From Armatimonadota bacterium (GTDB lineage Bacteria; Armatimonadota; UBA5829; DSUL01), in contig AP024674.1 in the NCBI GenBank assembly GCA_025998755.1, forward strand, positions 876,467 through 940,466: a stretch of 64,000 nt of DNA, written 5' to 3'. Below, one piece after another: positions 9,722-20,161 of this stretch. Position numbers and translations under genes: made by a program. Numbering within the stretch: position 1 is the stretch's first letter; the number at the start of each line of letters is the position of its first letter. Below the pieces are notes generated by a model, which did no database searches, was not told the origin of the DNA, and worked only from the letters and a program-made list of their open reading frames with translations.

Positions 9722-10678
9722 GTGAAGGCCACCGGACTGGGGTGGCTGGGGCCCGTCGCCGGGTTGGCGGGTGTGTATCTGCTGTTCGCCCTGATCGGCC
9801 CGGAGTCGTTCCACTCAGCGCGCAACGTGGAGCAGATCCTCCGTCAAACCGCCATTGTCGGGGTGGCCGCGCTGGGGATGACGCTGGTAATCATCTCGGG
9901 TGGCATAGATCTCTCAGTGGGGTCTGTCATCGCGCTGACCACGGTGATCGTAGCGGCTCTGTTGGGGAAGGATGCTCCTCCAATCGCCGCGGCTGCCGTT
10001 GGTATTGTGGCGGCATCGCTCTGCGGTCTGCTTAACGGAGTGCTCATCGCCGGGCTGCGTGTGGTGCCATTCATTGTGACGCTGGGCACCCTGCTTGTAG
10101 TGCGCGGCGCAGCTAAAGGGCTGGCGGGCGAGCAGAAAATAGATGCCCCCCTCACCTGGCTGGCGGATCTGCTGGCTGCGCTACGGCCTGAGCAGAAGTG
10201 GATGCTGGTTCCTGCGGGCGTCTGGGTGATGCTGTTGCTCGCGCTGCTGGTCTCGCTGCTGCTCCGCCGTACCCGACTGGGCCGACATATCTTCGCCGTG
10301 GGCTCCAATGAGCTGGCTGCTCACCTCAGCGGCGTTCCGGTGGCAAGGGTGAAGGTGGCTGTCTATACCCTTGCCGCGGTATTCGCGGGAGCGGCTGGAG
10401 TATTGCAGTTTTCCCGCCTGACCGTGGGCGATCCCACGGTGGCGTCGGGGCTGGAGCTGGACGTCATCGCCGCGGTGGTCATAGGTGGAGGCAGCCTATC
10501 CGGTGGCGAAGGATCCGTCCTGGGCAGCATCGTGGGTGCCCTCATTATGACAGTAATCCGCAGCGGCTGCTCCCAGATGGGCCTGCCCAACTGGGTACAG
10601 GAGATCGTCACCGGCGGGATCATCGTCCTGGCCGTGGCGCTGGACCGCATGCGTCAGAGGCGGCTTGTACGAGCCTGA
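9722..10678 (+). CDS. sugar ABC transporter permease (RbsC-like)
   Basis: Multi-TM protein with RbsC-type N-terminus (FHSARNVEQILRQTAIVGVAALGMTLVIISGGIDLSVGSV); GTG start. Confidence 0.8.
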   Translation: MKATGLGWLGPVAGLAGVYLLFALIGPESFHSARNVEQILRQTAIVGVAALGMTLVIISGGIDLSVGSVIALTTVIVAALLGKDAPPIAAAAVGIVAASLCGLLNGVLIAGLRVVPFIVTLGTLLVVRGAAKGLAGEQKIDAPLTWLADLLAALRPEQKWMLVPAGVWVMLLLALLVSLLLRRTRLGRHIFAVGSNELAAHLSGVPVARVKVAVYTLAAVFAGAAGVLQFSRLTVGDPTVASGLELDVIAAVVIGGGSLSGGEGSVLGSIVGALIMTVIRSGCSQMGLPNWVQEIVTGGIIVLAVALDRMRQRRLVRA

Positions 10679-10684
10679 TTCGCT

Positions 10685-11962
10685 TTATCCGCTCTCGGCT
10701 GCTTCCTGCAAGGCTGCCAGGCGCTCCAGGCACTCAACCGTGGATCGTATTGTATGGTAATTGATCTTCCACTCGTGTCCCAGATAATCCCAGATAACAC
10801 GGTTGTCCGGCCCTAGGAGCGCATACCATTCTCCCACCCGGTGATTGATGACGTAGTCGAATACGAACCGGTGGACATTTCGGTAAGCTTCCCAGAAGCG
10901 CAAGTCCCCGAACCGCTGGACGCCGTCCAGCATAGCGATCAGCGTCTCCGCCTGTTGCCAGAACTCTTTGTTGCGTTCGCGCGCCGGGCCCGCGTGCGGA
11001 CCTTCGCACCAAACGCCGCCAAGCTGCCAGTCCAGACCAAACTCCAGACAGTGCTCGTACAGGCGGCGGACCTTCGGATAGTAATGTGCCTGGTCCGCTC
11101 CCAACACATCCACCGCCCACGTCGTCAGCCAGCCCAGCTCTACGTTGTGGCCGTAGGAGGTGTTGTCCAGAGGGCGACCTTCCGGATCGTCCACCTCGCG
11201 GTCCGAACCCCAGACATTCTTCAAGATGATGGCGCGCAGGGGATGGAAATTCGGTGTGAACTGGGGGATCCCCGTTCCGTGCTCCGGGTGAAGCATCCGC
11301 GAATAGATGAGCTCCAGCACCTCCAGGGCACGCCTGCGATGGATATGATGGCCGGAGGCGGCGAAAAGATTGGTGAACGCCTCCATCAGGTGCATATGAA
11401 CGTCCAGCGACTTACGGTCTCCCCCGTAAGCGCCCGGGGGCGTGTGGCGCCAGTCTTCCTCAAAGAACTCGTAGTAGCCCCCGTGCAGAACGTCCGCAGC
11501 GCGGTCCTGGAGCAGATCGAACGTCCGGCAAGCCCACTCCAGAGCCGCCGCGTCCCCAGTGGCCCGATAGAACTCGGCGAAAGCGTAAATGACGAAGCTG
11601 TGCCCGTAAACGATCTTCTTGCGATCGAGCGGCTTCCCGTCCCGCTCGGCAGTCCAGAACCAGCCGCCGTGTGTTTCATCCCAGAAGTGTCGGATGACGA
11701 ACTGCACTCCCTGACGGCCTCGCTCCAGAAACGCTCCTTCACCGTAGCCTTTCCTGTGAGCCAGGGAGTAGCTGAAGATCATCCTGGCCTGGCAGAGCAG
11801 GGTTTTGACGGTCTCACCGGTGGGATTGCCGTCGCGGTCGAAGTAGGTGAGGAACCCGCCGTATTCTTCGTCCACGCCATGCTTCAACCAGAAAGGAAGG
11901 AGCTCGTCCTCCAGGTGCGAGCGGACTTCCACAAGGTGCTGCCGGATCTCTTCTGCCGTCAT
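10685..11962 (-). CDS. N-acylglucosamine 2-epimerase (AGE) family protein
   Basis: AGE-family (alpha/alpha)6 motifs (LPFWLKHGVDEEYGGFLTYFDRDGNP, TLLCQARMIFSYSLAH, HNVELGWL). Confidence 0.8.
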   Translation of the reverse strand: MTAEEIRQHLVEVRSHLEDELLPFWLKHGVDEEYGGFLTYFDRDGNPTGETVKTLLCQARMIFSYSLAHRKGYGEGAFLERGRQGVQFVIRHFWDETHGGWFWTAERDGKPLDRKKIVYGHSFVIYAFAEFYRATGDAAALEWACRTFDLLQDRAADVLHGGYYEFFEEDWRHTPPGAYGGDRKSLDVHMHLMEAFTNLFAASGHHIHRRRALEVLELIYSRMLHPEHGTGIPQFTPNFHPLRAIILKNVWGSDREVDDPEGRPLDNTSYGHNVELGWLTTWAVDVLGADQAHYYPKVRRLYEHCLEFGLDWQLGGVWCEGPHAGPARERNKEFWQQAETLIAMLDGVQRFGDLRFWEAYRNVHRFVFDYVINHRVGEWYALLGPDNRVIWDYLGHEWKINYHTIRSTVECLERLAALQEAAESG

Positions 11963-12090
11963 TGCAGGTGGGCTCCAGAGGCGCGCCGATATGGTTGAAA
12001 GCTAGGGGCGGCCTCGACTATGATACACGGGCGCCTGCTGAAGGCGCCGTGCTTCTTCGACGCTCTTTCGCGGTGATTTTTCTCAGGCAT

Positions 12091-13993
12091 ATGACCCGTC
12101 ACGAATTGGAATCTCTTCTGCAGGATATCCGCCGTACGCGCATCGCTGTACTGGGTGATTACTGTCTGGACGTCTACTGGTTCATCAACATGTCCCGCAG
12201 CGAGCAGTCTGTCGAGACCGGATTGGACACGCTGCCCGTACAATGGCAAAGGTGCTCGCTGGGGGGAGCCGGAAACGTGGTGAACAACTTGGTAGACCTC
12301 GGATGCGGTCAGGTGGCAGCGTTCGGCGTGGTGGGGTCCGATCCCTGGGGTCACGAGATGTTGCGCCTCCTCCAGGAGAAAGGAGTGGACGTTGATGGTC
12401 TGCTCACGGAGTCTGAGAACTGGGCCACATTGACCTACATAAAACCGCATATCGCGGACACCGAGCAGCAGCGGATAGATTTTGGGAATTTTAACTCTCT
12501 GCCTTCTGAGCGGAGCACCGAGTTGCTCTCGAAGCTGGAGGCGCGCCTTGGGCAGTTCGATGTTGTCGTCGTGAACCAGCAGGTGCTGCAGGGGATTCAC
12601 ACGGACGAGTTCCGCCAAGGCCTTCGTAGCCTCATCCGCCGCCATCCGGAAACGGTTTTCATTGTGGATAGCAGGCACTGGAGCTCCGAATACCCGGAGA
12701 CCGTTTTGAAGGTTAATGATCGGGAAGCCTTGAGGCTATGCGGGCGGGAGACGCCGCCGGGCGCGCTTGTCGTGCGCGAAGAGGCGCTGGCGGCGGCATC
12801 GGAGTTGCACCAAAGGACAGGCAAGACCGTGTTCGTCACGCGGGGAGAACGTGGATGCGTGGTCTGCCACTCAGGCGGCACCGAGGAGATTCCGGGTATT
12901 CAGGTCCTTTCTCGGACGGATCCCGTAGGCGCCGGGTGACAGCTTCCTCGCAGGGGCGGCGGCGGCGCTGGCCGCGGGGCGTCCCCCGGGACAGGCGGCT
13001 TTGCTCGGGAACTTCGCGGCCTCTGTCACGGTGCGCAAGCTCCGGCAGACAGGCACCGCTTCGCCTGCAGAGATTCTGGAGGTGGGGTCAGACCCGGACT
13101 ATGTCTACTTCCCGGAGCTTGCCGAAGATATCCGCCGAGCGCGCTACCTTCCCGGGACAGAATTCGAAGTCGTGACGCAGATCCCGGAAGGATTCCGCCC
13201 GACTCACGCCATCTTTGACCATGACGGCACCATCTCCACCCTCCGGCAGGGGTGGGAGGGGATTATGGAGCCGATGATGGTGCGCGCGGTCCTCGGGCCG
13301 CGCTTCGAGGGCGCCGATGAGTCGCTATACCACCGTGTGCTGGACCGCGTGCGGGAGTTCATAGACAAGACCACGGGTGTGCAGACCATCACCCAGATGC
13401 AGATGCTCATTGACATTGTCCGGGAGTTCGGATGCGTACCGGAGGAGGAGATTCTGGACGCGGCCGGGTACAAGGCGATCTACAACGAGGATCTGATGAA
13501 GATGGTCCGCGGCCGGGTGGCCAAACTCCAACGGGGCGAGCTGTCGGTGGAAGACGTTACTGTCAAGAACGCGCCAGCCTTTCTGGAGCGGCTGCATGCT
13601 GCAGGAGTCAAGCTGTACCTCGCCAGCGGCACCGACCAGCGCGACGTGGAGGAAGAGGCGGCGGCGCTGGGCTATGCGCATCTGTTCGAAGGCCGCATCT
13701 ACGGCAGCGTGGGTGATCCCGGGGCGGAGGCCAAGCGCCTGGTGCTGGAACGCATAATGAGGGACATTGAGGGCGCTCCACGCGCCGGACTGGTCACTTT
13801 CGGCGACGGCCCGGTAGAGATCCGCGAGACACGTAAGCGCGGAGGGCTGGCTGTGGGGGTCGCAAGCGACGAGGTGCGCCGCTACGGAGCGAATCTCTCG
13901 AAGCGCCCCAGACTGATCCGGGCAGGGGCCGACGTGGTCATTCCCGACTTCTCGCAGATGAACCTTCTCCTGCAGCTGCTGGGGGCCGCCTGA
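12091..13993 (+). CDS. PfkB-family carbohydrate kinase fused to HAD-superfamily hydrolase domain (apparent +1 frameshift near 12934-12937)
   Basis: N-terminal ribokinase-like domain resembling HldE domain I (IAVLGDYCLDVYWF, SLGGAGNVVNNLVDLG); frame switches at ccgggtga so that DPVGAG continues as DSFLAGAAAALAAG...LGNFAASVTV (kinase C-terminal motifs); downstream HAD motifs FDHDGTIS, LYLASGT, FGDGPVE. ORF track splits this as 11962..12939 and 13001..13993. Confidence 0.55.
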
Positions 13994-13994
13994 G

Positions 13995-15105
13995 ATGCGC
14001 CCTGAGCCTCTCGACCGCAGCCGCGTGCGCTTCCGTCCTCTTGCCGAGCGTGCGAACAAGGTCCAGATCGAGCGCGATGCCGTTCCTCTGGACGCCGAGC
14101 CAGAGAATCTGTCAGAGCTGGCATGGAAAGTGGCGCGGGAGACTGCCTCGCGGATCCTCGCCGCGCGTGCAGAAGACCGGCCTGTCATGCTGGCGTTCGG
14201 TGCGCACAGCATCAAGAACGGGCTCGGCCCGCTCCTTGCGCACCTCATCCGGAAAGGGTGGGTCACCCACCTGGCCACCAACGGCGCGGCCATCATCCAC
14301 GACTGGGAGTTCGCTTATCAGGGCGCGTCCAGCGAGGACGTCCGCGGAGGTGTCGCCCGGGGTGAATTCGGGAACTGGCAGGAGACAGGCTTCTACATCA
14401 ACCTTGCCATCAACGCGGGAGCGTGGCAGGGCAGGGGTTACGGCGAGTCGGTCGGCGCCTTCATCAGCAACGAAGGGCTGGTGCTGCCTTCGGAAGACCA
14501 ACTGCAGCGGGAGGTTCGGGAACGCCTCTCCAGCGATCCGGCGCAAGCGGCGGCAGCAGCGGATTTGCTGTCCCTGGTACGCTTTTTCTCTCTGCCGCCA
14601 GGCCCGATGTCCGTAGCCGCATCCCTGGAAGCGCTTCAGTCTCCAGGCGGCGGCTTTCGAGCTTGGCTTGCCTCTCACGGGGCATCCCATGTTTGGTCAC
14701 GACATCATCTACAACCATCCCATGAACTGCGGCGCTTGCATCGGGCGGGCTGCGCAGCGGGATTTCCTGACATTTGCCGGCGCGGTAAGCCGGCTTGAGG
14801 GAGGGGTATATCTCTCAATAGGATCGGCGGTCATGTCGCCGATGGTTTTCGAGAAATCCTTCTCGATGGCTCAGAACCTGGCGCTTCAGCGGGGTGAGCC
14901 CATCCGCAATCATTTCATCACGGTAGTGGACCTCGCGGAAAGCCGCTGGGACTGGAGCAAAGGCGAGCCGCCGGAGAGCTCGCCGGATTACTACATTCGA
15001 TTCTGCAAGAGTTTCAGCCGGATGGGCGGAGAGCTTCGGTACGCCAGCGCTGACAATAGAGACTTCCTGCTGGCTCTCACCGCCTCGCTGGAGGGCCGGG
15101 CCTGA
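13995..15105 (+). CDS. deoxyhypusine synthase-like protein (apparent frameshift around 14600-14660)
   Basis: By-eye similarity to deoxyhypusine synthase: MLAFGAHSIKNGLGPLLAHLIRKGWVTHLATNGAAIIHD vs FLGYTSNLISSG...VDVLVTTAGGVEED; second frame carries LPLTGHPMFGHDIIYNH resembling PALTDGSLGDMIFFH. ORF track splits as 13995..14798 and 14668..15105. Confidence 0.45.
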
Positions 15106-15107
15106 CG

Positions 15108-16343
15108 GTGGGCTCACGAATGCATCAGGTTGTGAAGGGGGTAAAAGTCTGGGGGACTCCCGATCCCGAGGCTGTAGACCAGATGGTGCGATGCCGCAGT
15201 GTCGGCAGCGTGGCGGATGCGGCATTGATGGCGGACCATCACAAGGGGTATTCGCAGCCTATCGGTGGGGTTGTTGCGTATCTCGAGCACGTCAGTCCGT
15301 CAGGGGTTGGCTATGACATCGCCTGCGGCAACAAGGCCGTGCGCACTGACCTCAAGCTCCGGGACGTCCAGCCTCGCCTGCACAAGATCCTGGACCGCAT
15401 CCAGTCGGAGATCTCCTTTGGCATCGGACGCAAGAACCCGGACCCGGTAGATCACGAACTGTTCGAGTCCGATACGTGGCGGGAGGTTCCCGAGCTTTTG
15501 AGCCTGAAAAAGCTGGCCTATCAGCAGCTTGGGACGGTTGGCGCGGGTAACCACTTCGTGGATATCCTGGTGGAGCCGGAGACGGAGGACATCTGGGTGG
15601 CGGTGCATTTCGGCAGTCGCGGCTTCGGGCACAAGACCGCCACCGGATTCCTGAACCTGGCGAAGAACCGCCCTTTCGACGCCAAAGCCCCTGGCGAGCA
15701 TATGGACCAGCCTCCGACGATCATTCCTGCGCGCAGCCCGCTGGGAGAGGCTTACATTGCAGCAATGAAGCTTGCCGGACGGTATGCTTACGCTGGGCGG
15801 GATATCGTCACGGATCAGGTGCTTCGCATTCTGGAGGCCCGGAGCACCTTCGAAGTGCATAATCACCACAACTTTGCCTGGAGGGAGAAGATCCCCACCG
15901 GAGATCTGGCGGGTCAGGAAGCGTGGGTGGTGCGGAAGGGCGCGACACCTTGTTTCCCCGGCCAGCTTGGGTTTATCGGGGGTTCGATGGGCGATATCTC
16001 GGTCATTGTCCGGGGCAAGGAGTCGGCGGAATCGCGTGAGGCACTCTATTCGACGGTCCACGGCGCAGGGCGGGTCATGAGCCGTACCCAGGCGGCAGGA
16101 AAGATGAACTGGCGCACCAAACAGCGCACGGGCGGAAAGATCAGCCGTCGGGAGATGGAAGAGGCGGTCCGCCGATTCGGGGTGGAGCTTCGCGGAGCTG
16201 GAACGGACGAAGCCCCGATGGTTTACCGCAAGCTGGAAACCGTGCTGGACGCGCATCGGGACACGCTGGAGATCCTGCACGTGCTGCGGCCCATCGGCGT
16301 GGTGATGGCCGGCGAGGACGAATACGACCCCTACAAGGACTGA
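15108..16343 (+). CDS. rtcB: RNA ligase RtcB (3'-phosphate/5'-hydroxyl RNA-splicing ligase)
   Basis: RtcB motifs MADHHKGYSQPIGGV, GYDIACGN, GAGNHFVDIL, HFGSRGFGH; GTG 15108 (or ATG 15120) start 2 nt after upstream stop. Confidence 0.85.
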   Translation: MGSRMHQVVKGVKVWGTPDPEAVDQMVRCRSVGSVADAALMADHHKGYSQPIGGVVAYLEHVSPSGVGYDIACGNKAVRTDLKLRDVQPRLHKILDRIQSEISFGIGRKNPDPVDHELFESDTWREVPELLSLKKLAYQQLGTVGAGNHFVDILVEPETEDIWVAVHFGSRGFGHKTATGFLNLAKNRPFDAKAPGEHMDQPPTIIPARSPLGEAYIAAMKLAGRYAYAGRDIVTDQVLRILEARSTFEVHNHHNFAWREKIPTGDLAGQEAWVVRKGATPCFPGQLGFIGGSMGDISVIVRGKESAESREALYSTVHGAGRVMSRTQAAGKMNWRTKQRTGGKISRREMEEAVRRFGVELRGAGTDEAPMVYRKLETVLDAHRDTLEILHVLRPIGVVMAGEDEYDPYKD

Positions 16344-16532
16344 CTGCCGCCGTGCCCCCCTCCTCTGGTGTGGCGCGGCCGGGAACTCCGGGATAACCTG
16401 CTTCTGTTGCAAGAAACAGCGACGCCGGGCCGTCTCATGGGCGGCAAAGGCTAAGCTCTACCCGAACATTAGCCATTTTCAACCGCCCCCGAACTCAACG
16501 GGCCGGTATCGAGGAACTGGCGCAGGAAGACT

Positions 16533-17959
16533 ATGGACATCAAGGCTCTGGCTGAGAGCGAATACAAATACGGTTTCGTCACGGACATAGAGGCGGAGAC
16601 TCTACCGAAAGGGCTCAATGAGGACATCATCCGGCGCATCTCCGAGCTGAAGGGCGAGCCGGATTTTATGCTTCAGTGGCGCCTGAAGGCTTACCGGCAC
16701 TGGCTGACTATGGAAGAGCCGCGGTGGCCGAACGTGCGCATCTCGCCCATTGACTACAACGATATCATCTACTACTCCGCTCCGGTGCAGAAGAAGGCGC
16801 TGGATAGCCTGGACCAGGTGGATCCGCAGCTTCTGGAGACGTTCGAGAAGCTGGGCATCCCCCTATCAGAGCAGAAGCGTCTGGCTGGGGTGGCGGTGGA
16901 TGCAGTGTTCGACAGTGTCTCTGTAGCCACTACCTTCCAGGAGGAGCTGCTGAAGTACGGTATCATCTTCTGCCCCATTTCGGAGGCCATCAAGTGCCAC
17001 CCGGAGCTGGTGGAAAAGTATCTGGGAAGCGTAGTGCCGTACACGGATAACTTCTATGCGGCCCTGAACTCCGCCGTCTTCAGCGACGGATCGTTTTGCT
17101 ATATCCCGAAGGGCGTCCGCTGCCCGATGGAGCTTTCCACTTATTTCCGTATCAACACGGCCGGTTCGGGACAGTTCGAGCGGACACTGTTGATTGCGGA
17201 TGAAGGCAGCTACGTCAGCTATCTGGAAGGCTGCACAGCTCCTCGCCGCGACGAGAATCAGCTGCACGCCGCCGTGGTGGAGTTGATCGCCCTGAAGGAT
17301 GCGGAGATCAAGTATTCCACGGTGCAGAACTGGTACTCTGGCGATGCGGAGGGCCGGGGCGGCATCTATAACTTCGTGACCAAGCGGGGCAAATGCGCGG
17401 GTGAGAACTCCAAGATCTCTTGGACACAGGTGGAGACCGGCTCCGCCATCACCTGGAAGTATCCCAGCTGCATCCTTCAGGGGGATAACTCGGTCGGGGA
17501 ATTCTACTCGGTGGCGCTCACCACGAACCACCAGCAGGCCGACACCGGGACCAAGATGATCCACATCGGCCGCAACACCCGGAGCACCATTGTCTCGAAA
17601 GGCATCTCGGCCCGGTTCGGCCAGAACTCATACCGCGGGCTGGTGAAGGTGCTGCCGCGCGCCGAGAACGCCCGCAACTACACCCAGTGCGACTCGATGC
17701 TTATCGGGGATAAGTGCGGTGCGCATACGTTTCCTTACATCGAGGTGCAGAACAACACGGCCCGCGTGGAGCACGAGGCGTCCACGTCCAAGATCAGCGA
17801 GGAGCAGCTGTTCTACTGCCGCCAGCGAGGACTCTCGGCGGAGGACGCGGTCTCGATGGTCATCAACGGTTTCTGCAAGGAAGTCTTCCGCGAGCTGCCG
17901 ATGGAGTTCGCGGTTGAGGCTACCAAGCTGCTTCAGGTCAGTCTGGAAGGGAGTGTCGG

Positions 17960-17963
<4 letters not shown>
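16533..17963 (+). CDS. sufB: Fe-S cluster assembly protein SufB
   Basis: 476-aa SufB-type sequence ([27 protein letters not shown] ... [29 protein letters not shown]). Confidence 0.9.
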
Positions 17964-18772
<809 letters not shown>

Positions 18773-18814
18773 AGCTGTCAACCCGGGTGCTGTCAAGAAA
18801 GGTGTCATCCGACA

Positions 18815-20158
18815 TTGCCAGGAACTGATTCAAGCGTCAAGCAGGATCTGTCCCCTCATCTGGAATGGCTGGAGAGCTTCCATCGCTCGTCCGGCCCCGT
18901 GGCTCCAGTCATCGCGGAGTTGCGGGGAAAGGGGCGCCGCGCCCTTGCGGAGAAGGGCTTCCCCACACGCCGGAATGAGGACTGGAAATACACAGACGTT
19001 TCCGGTCTGGCGCGTCGTGTCTTCCTGCCCGTCGCGAGCGGTCTGGGAAGGAAGCTGACGGAAGGAGAGATTTTCCCCTTCCTTTATGAGTCGCCGGAGT
19101 GGCCGCGGCTCGTCTTTGTGGATGGCAGGTTCGATCGGGAGCTTTCTTCTCTGCCCGGCGTCGTGCCGGGGCTCGTTGTGGCCAGTCTGGCGGAGGGGCT
19201 TGCCGGAGGATGCGGTAGCTTCGAGCGGTGCCTCGGGCAGCTTGCGCGCCCGGAGTTCAGCGGATTCACCGCCCAGAACAGCGCGGCTCTTCGCGAAGGA
19301 GCCTTCATCCGCGTAGCAGCCGGGGCGAAGGTGGAGCCGCCGTTGCATCTGCTCTTCCTTGCCACCCAGGAGGGCGCCGGAAGTTACCTTCGCAACCTGA
19401 TCATCGTGGAAGAGGGTGCGGCGGTCACGTTCGTGGAGACCTATGCCTCTCTGGAGTGCGGCGACTATTTCACGAATACAGTTTCAGAGATCTTTGCCGG
19501 GCGCGATGCCGTCGTGGACTGCTACAGGCTTCAGATGGAGTCCCCATCCGCGTTCCACGTGTCGCACGTGGAGGCGCATCAGGAGGAGGGAAGCCGGGTC
19601 TCCTTCACGACCGTCAACACTGGGGGCTTGCTCGTCCGCAATGATCTGAATGTTCTCTTGGCGGGTGAGCGCTGCGAGGCGACTCTAAATGGCCTCACCC
19701 TGGTGGATGGCGACCGCCACGTGGACAACCATACCGCCATTGACCACGCCAGTCCCAACTGCGAAAGCCATGAGCTGTACAAGGCGGTGCTCGACGGGCG
19801 CTCGCGCTCTGTCTTCAATGGCAAGATCTTCGTGCGCCCGGGCGCTCAGAAGACAGACGCCAAGCAGACCAACAGGAGTCTGATGCTCTCGCCTCTCGCG
19901 ACGGTTAACACCAAGCCGCAGCTTGAGATCTTCGCGGATGACGTGAAATGCACACACGGAGCGACCGTAGGGCAGCTGCGGGACGAGGAGATCTTTTACC
20001 TCCGCAGCCGCGGGATGAGCGAAGATACCGCCCGTCAACTATTGACTTACGGCTTCGCTAACGACATTGTGGAGAAGATTCGCGTGGAGCCTGTCCGGGC
20101 CTTCCTGGATCGCGTCCAAATGGCCACGCTGCACACATCGTTTGTTTCAGAGGGCTGA
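18815..20158 (+). CDS. sufD: Fe-S cluster assembly protein SufD
   Basis: SufD-type sequence (TRRNEDWKYTDVSGL, FVRPGAQKTDAKQTNRSLMLS, GATVGQLRDEEIFYLRSRGM) between sufC and sufS; TTG start approximate. Confidence 0.85.
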   Translation: MPGTDSSVKQDLSPHLEWLESFHRSSGPVAPVIAELRGKGRRALAEKGFPTRRNEDWKYTDVSGLARRVFLPVASGLGRKLTEGEIFPFLYESPEWPRLVFVDGRFDRELSSLPGVVPGLVVASLAEGLAGGCGSFERCLGQLARPEFSGFTAQNSAALREGAFIRVAAGAKVEPPLHLLFLATQEGAGSYLRNLIIVEEGAAVTFVETYASLECGDYFTNTVSEIFAGRDAVVDCYRLQMESPSAFHVSHVEAHQEEGSRVSFTTVNTGGLLVRNDLNVLLAGERCEATLNGLTLVDGDRHVDNHTAIDHASPNCESHELYKAVLDGRSRSVFNGKIFVRPGAQKTDAKQTNRSLMLSPLATVNTKPQLEIFADDVKCTHGATVGQLRDEEIFYLRSRGMSEDTARQLLTYGFANDIVEKIRVEPVRAFLDRVQMATLHTSFVSEG

Positions 20159-20161
20159 GAG

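Noticed and set aside
10841-11998. 385-aa ORF on the plus strand
   Set aside because: Antisense to the AGE-family epimerase gene, which has clear family motifs; no motifs in this frame
15300-16412. 370-aa ORF on the minus strand
   Set aside because: Antisense to rtcB; non-coding-like composition
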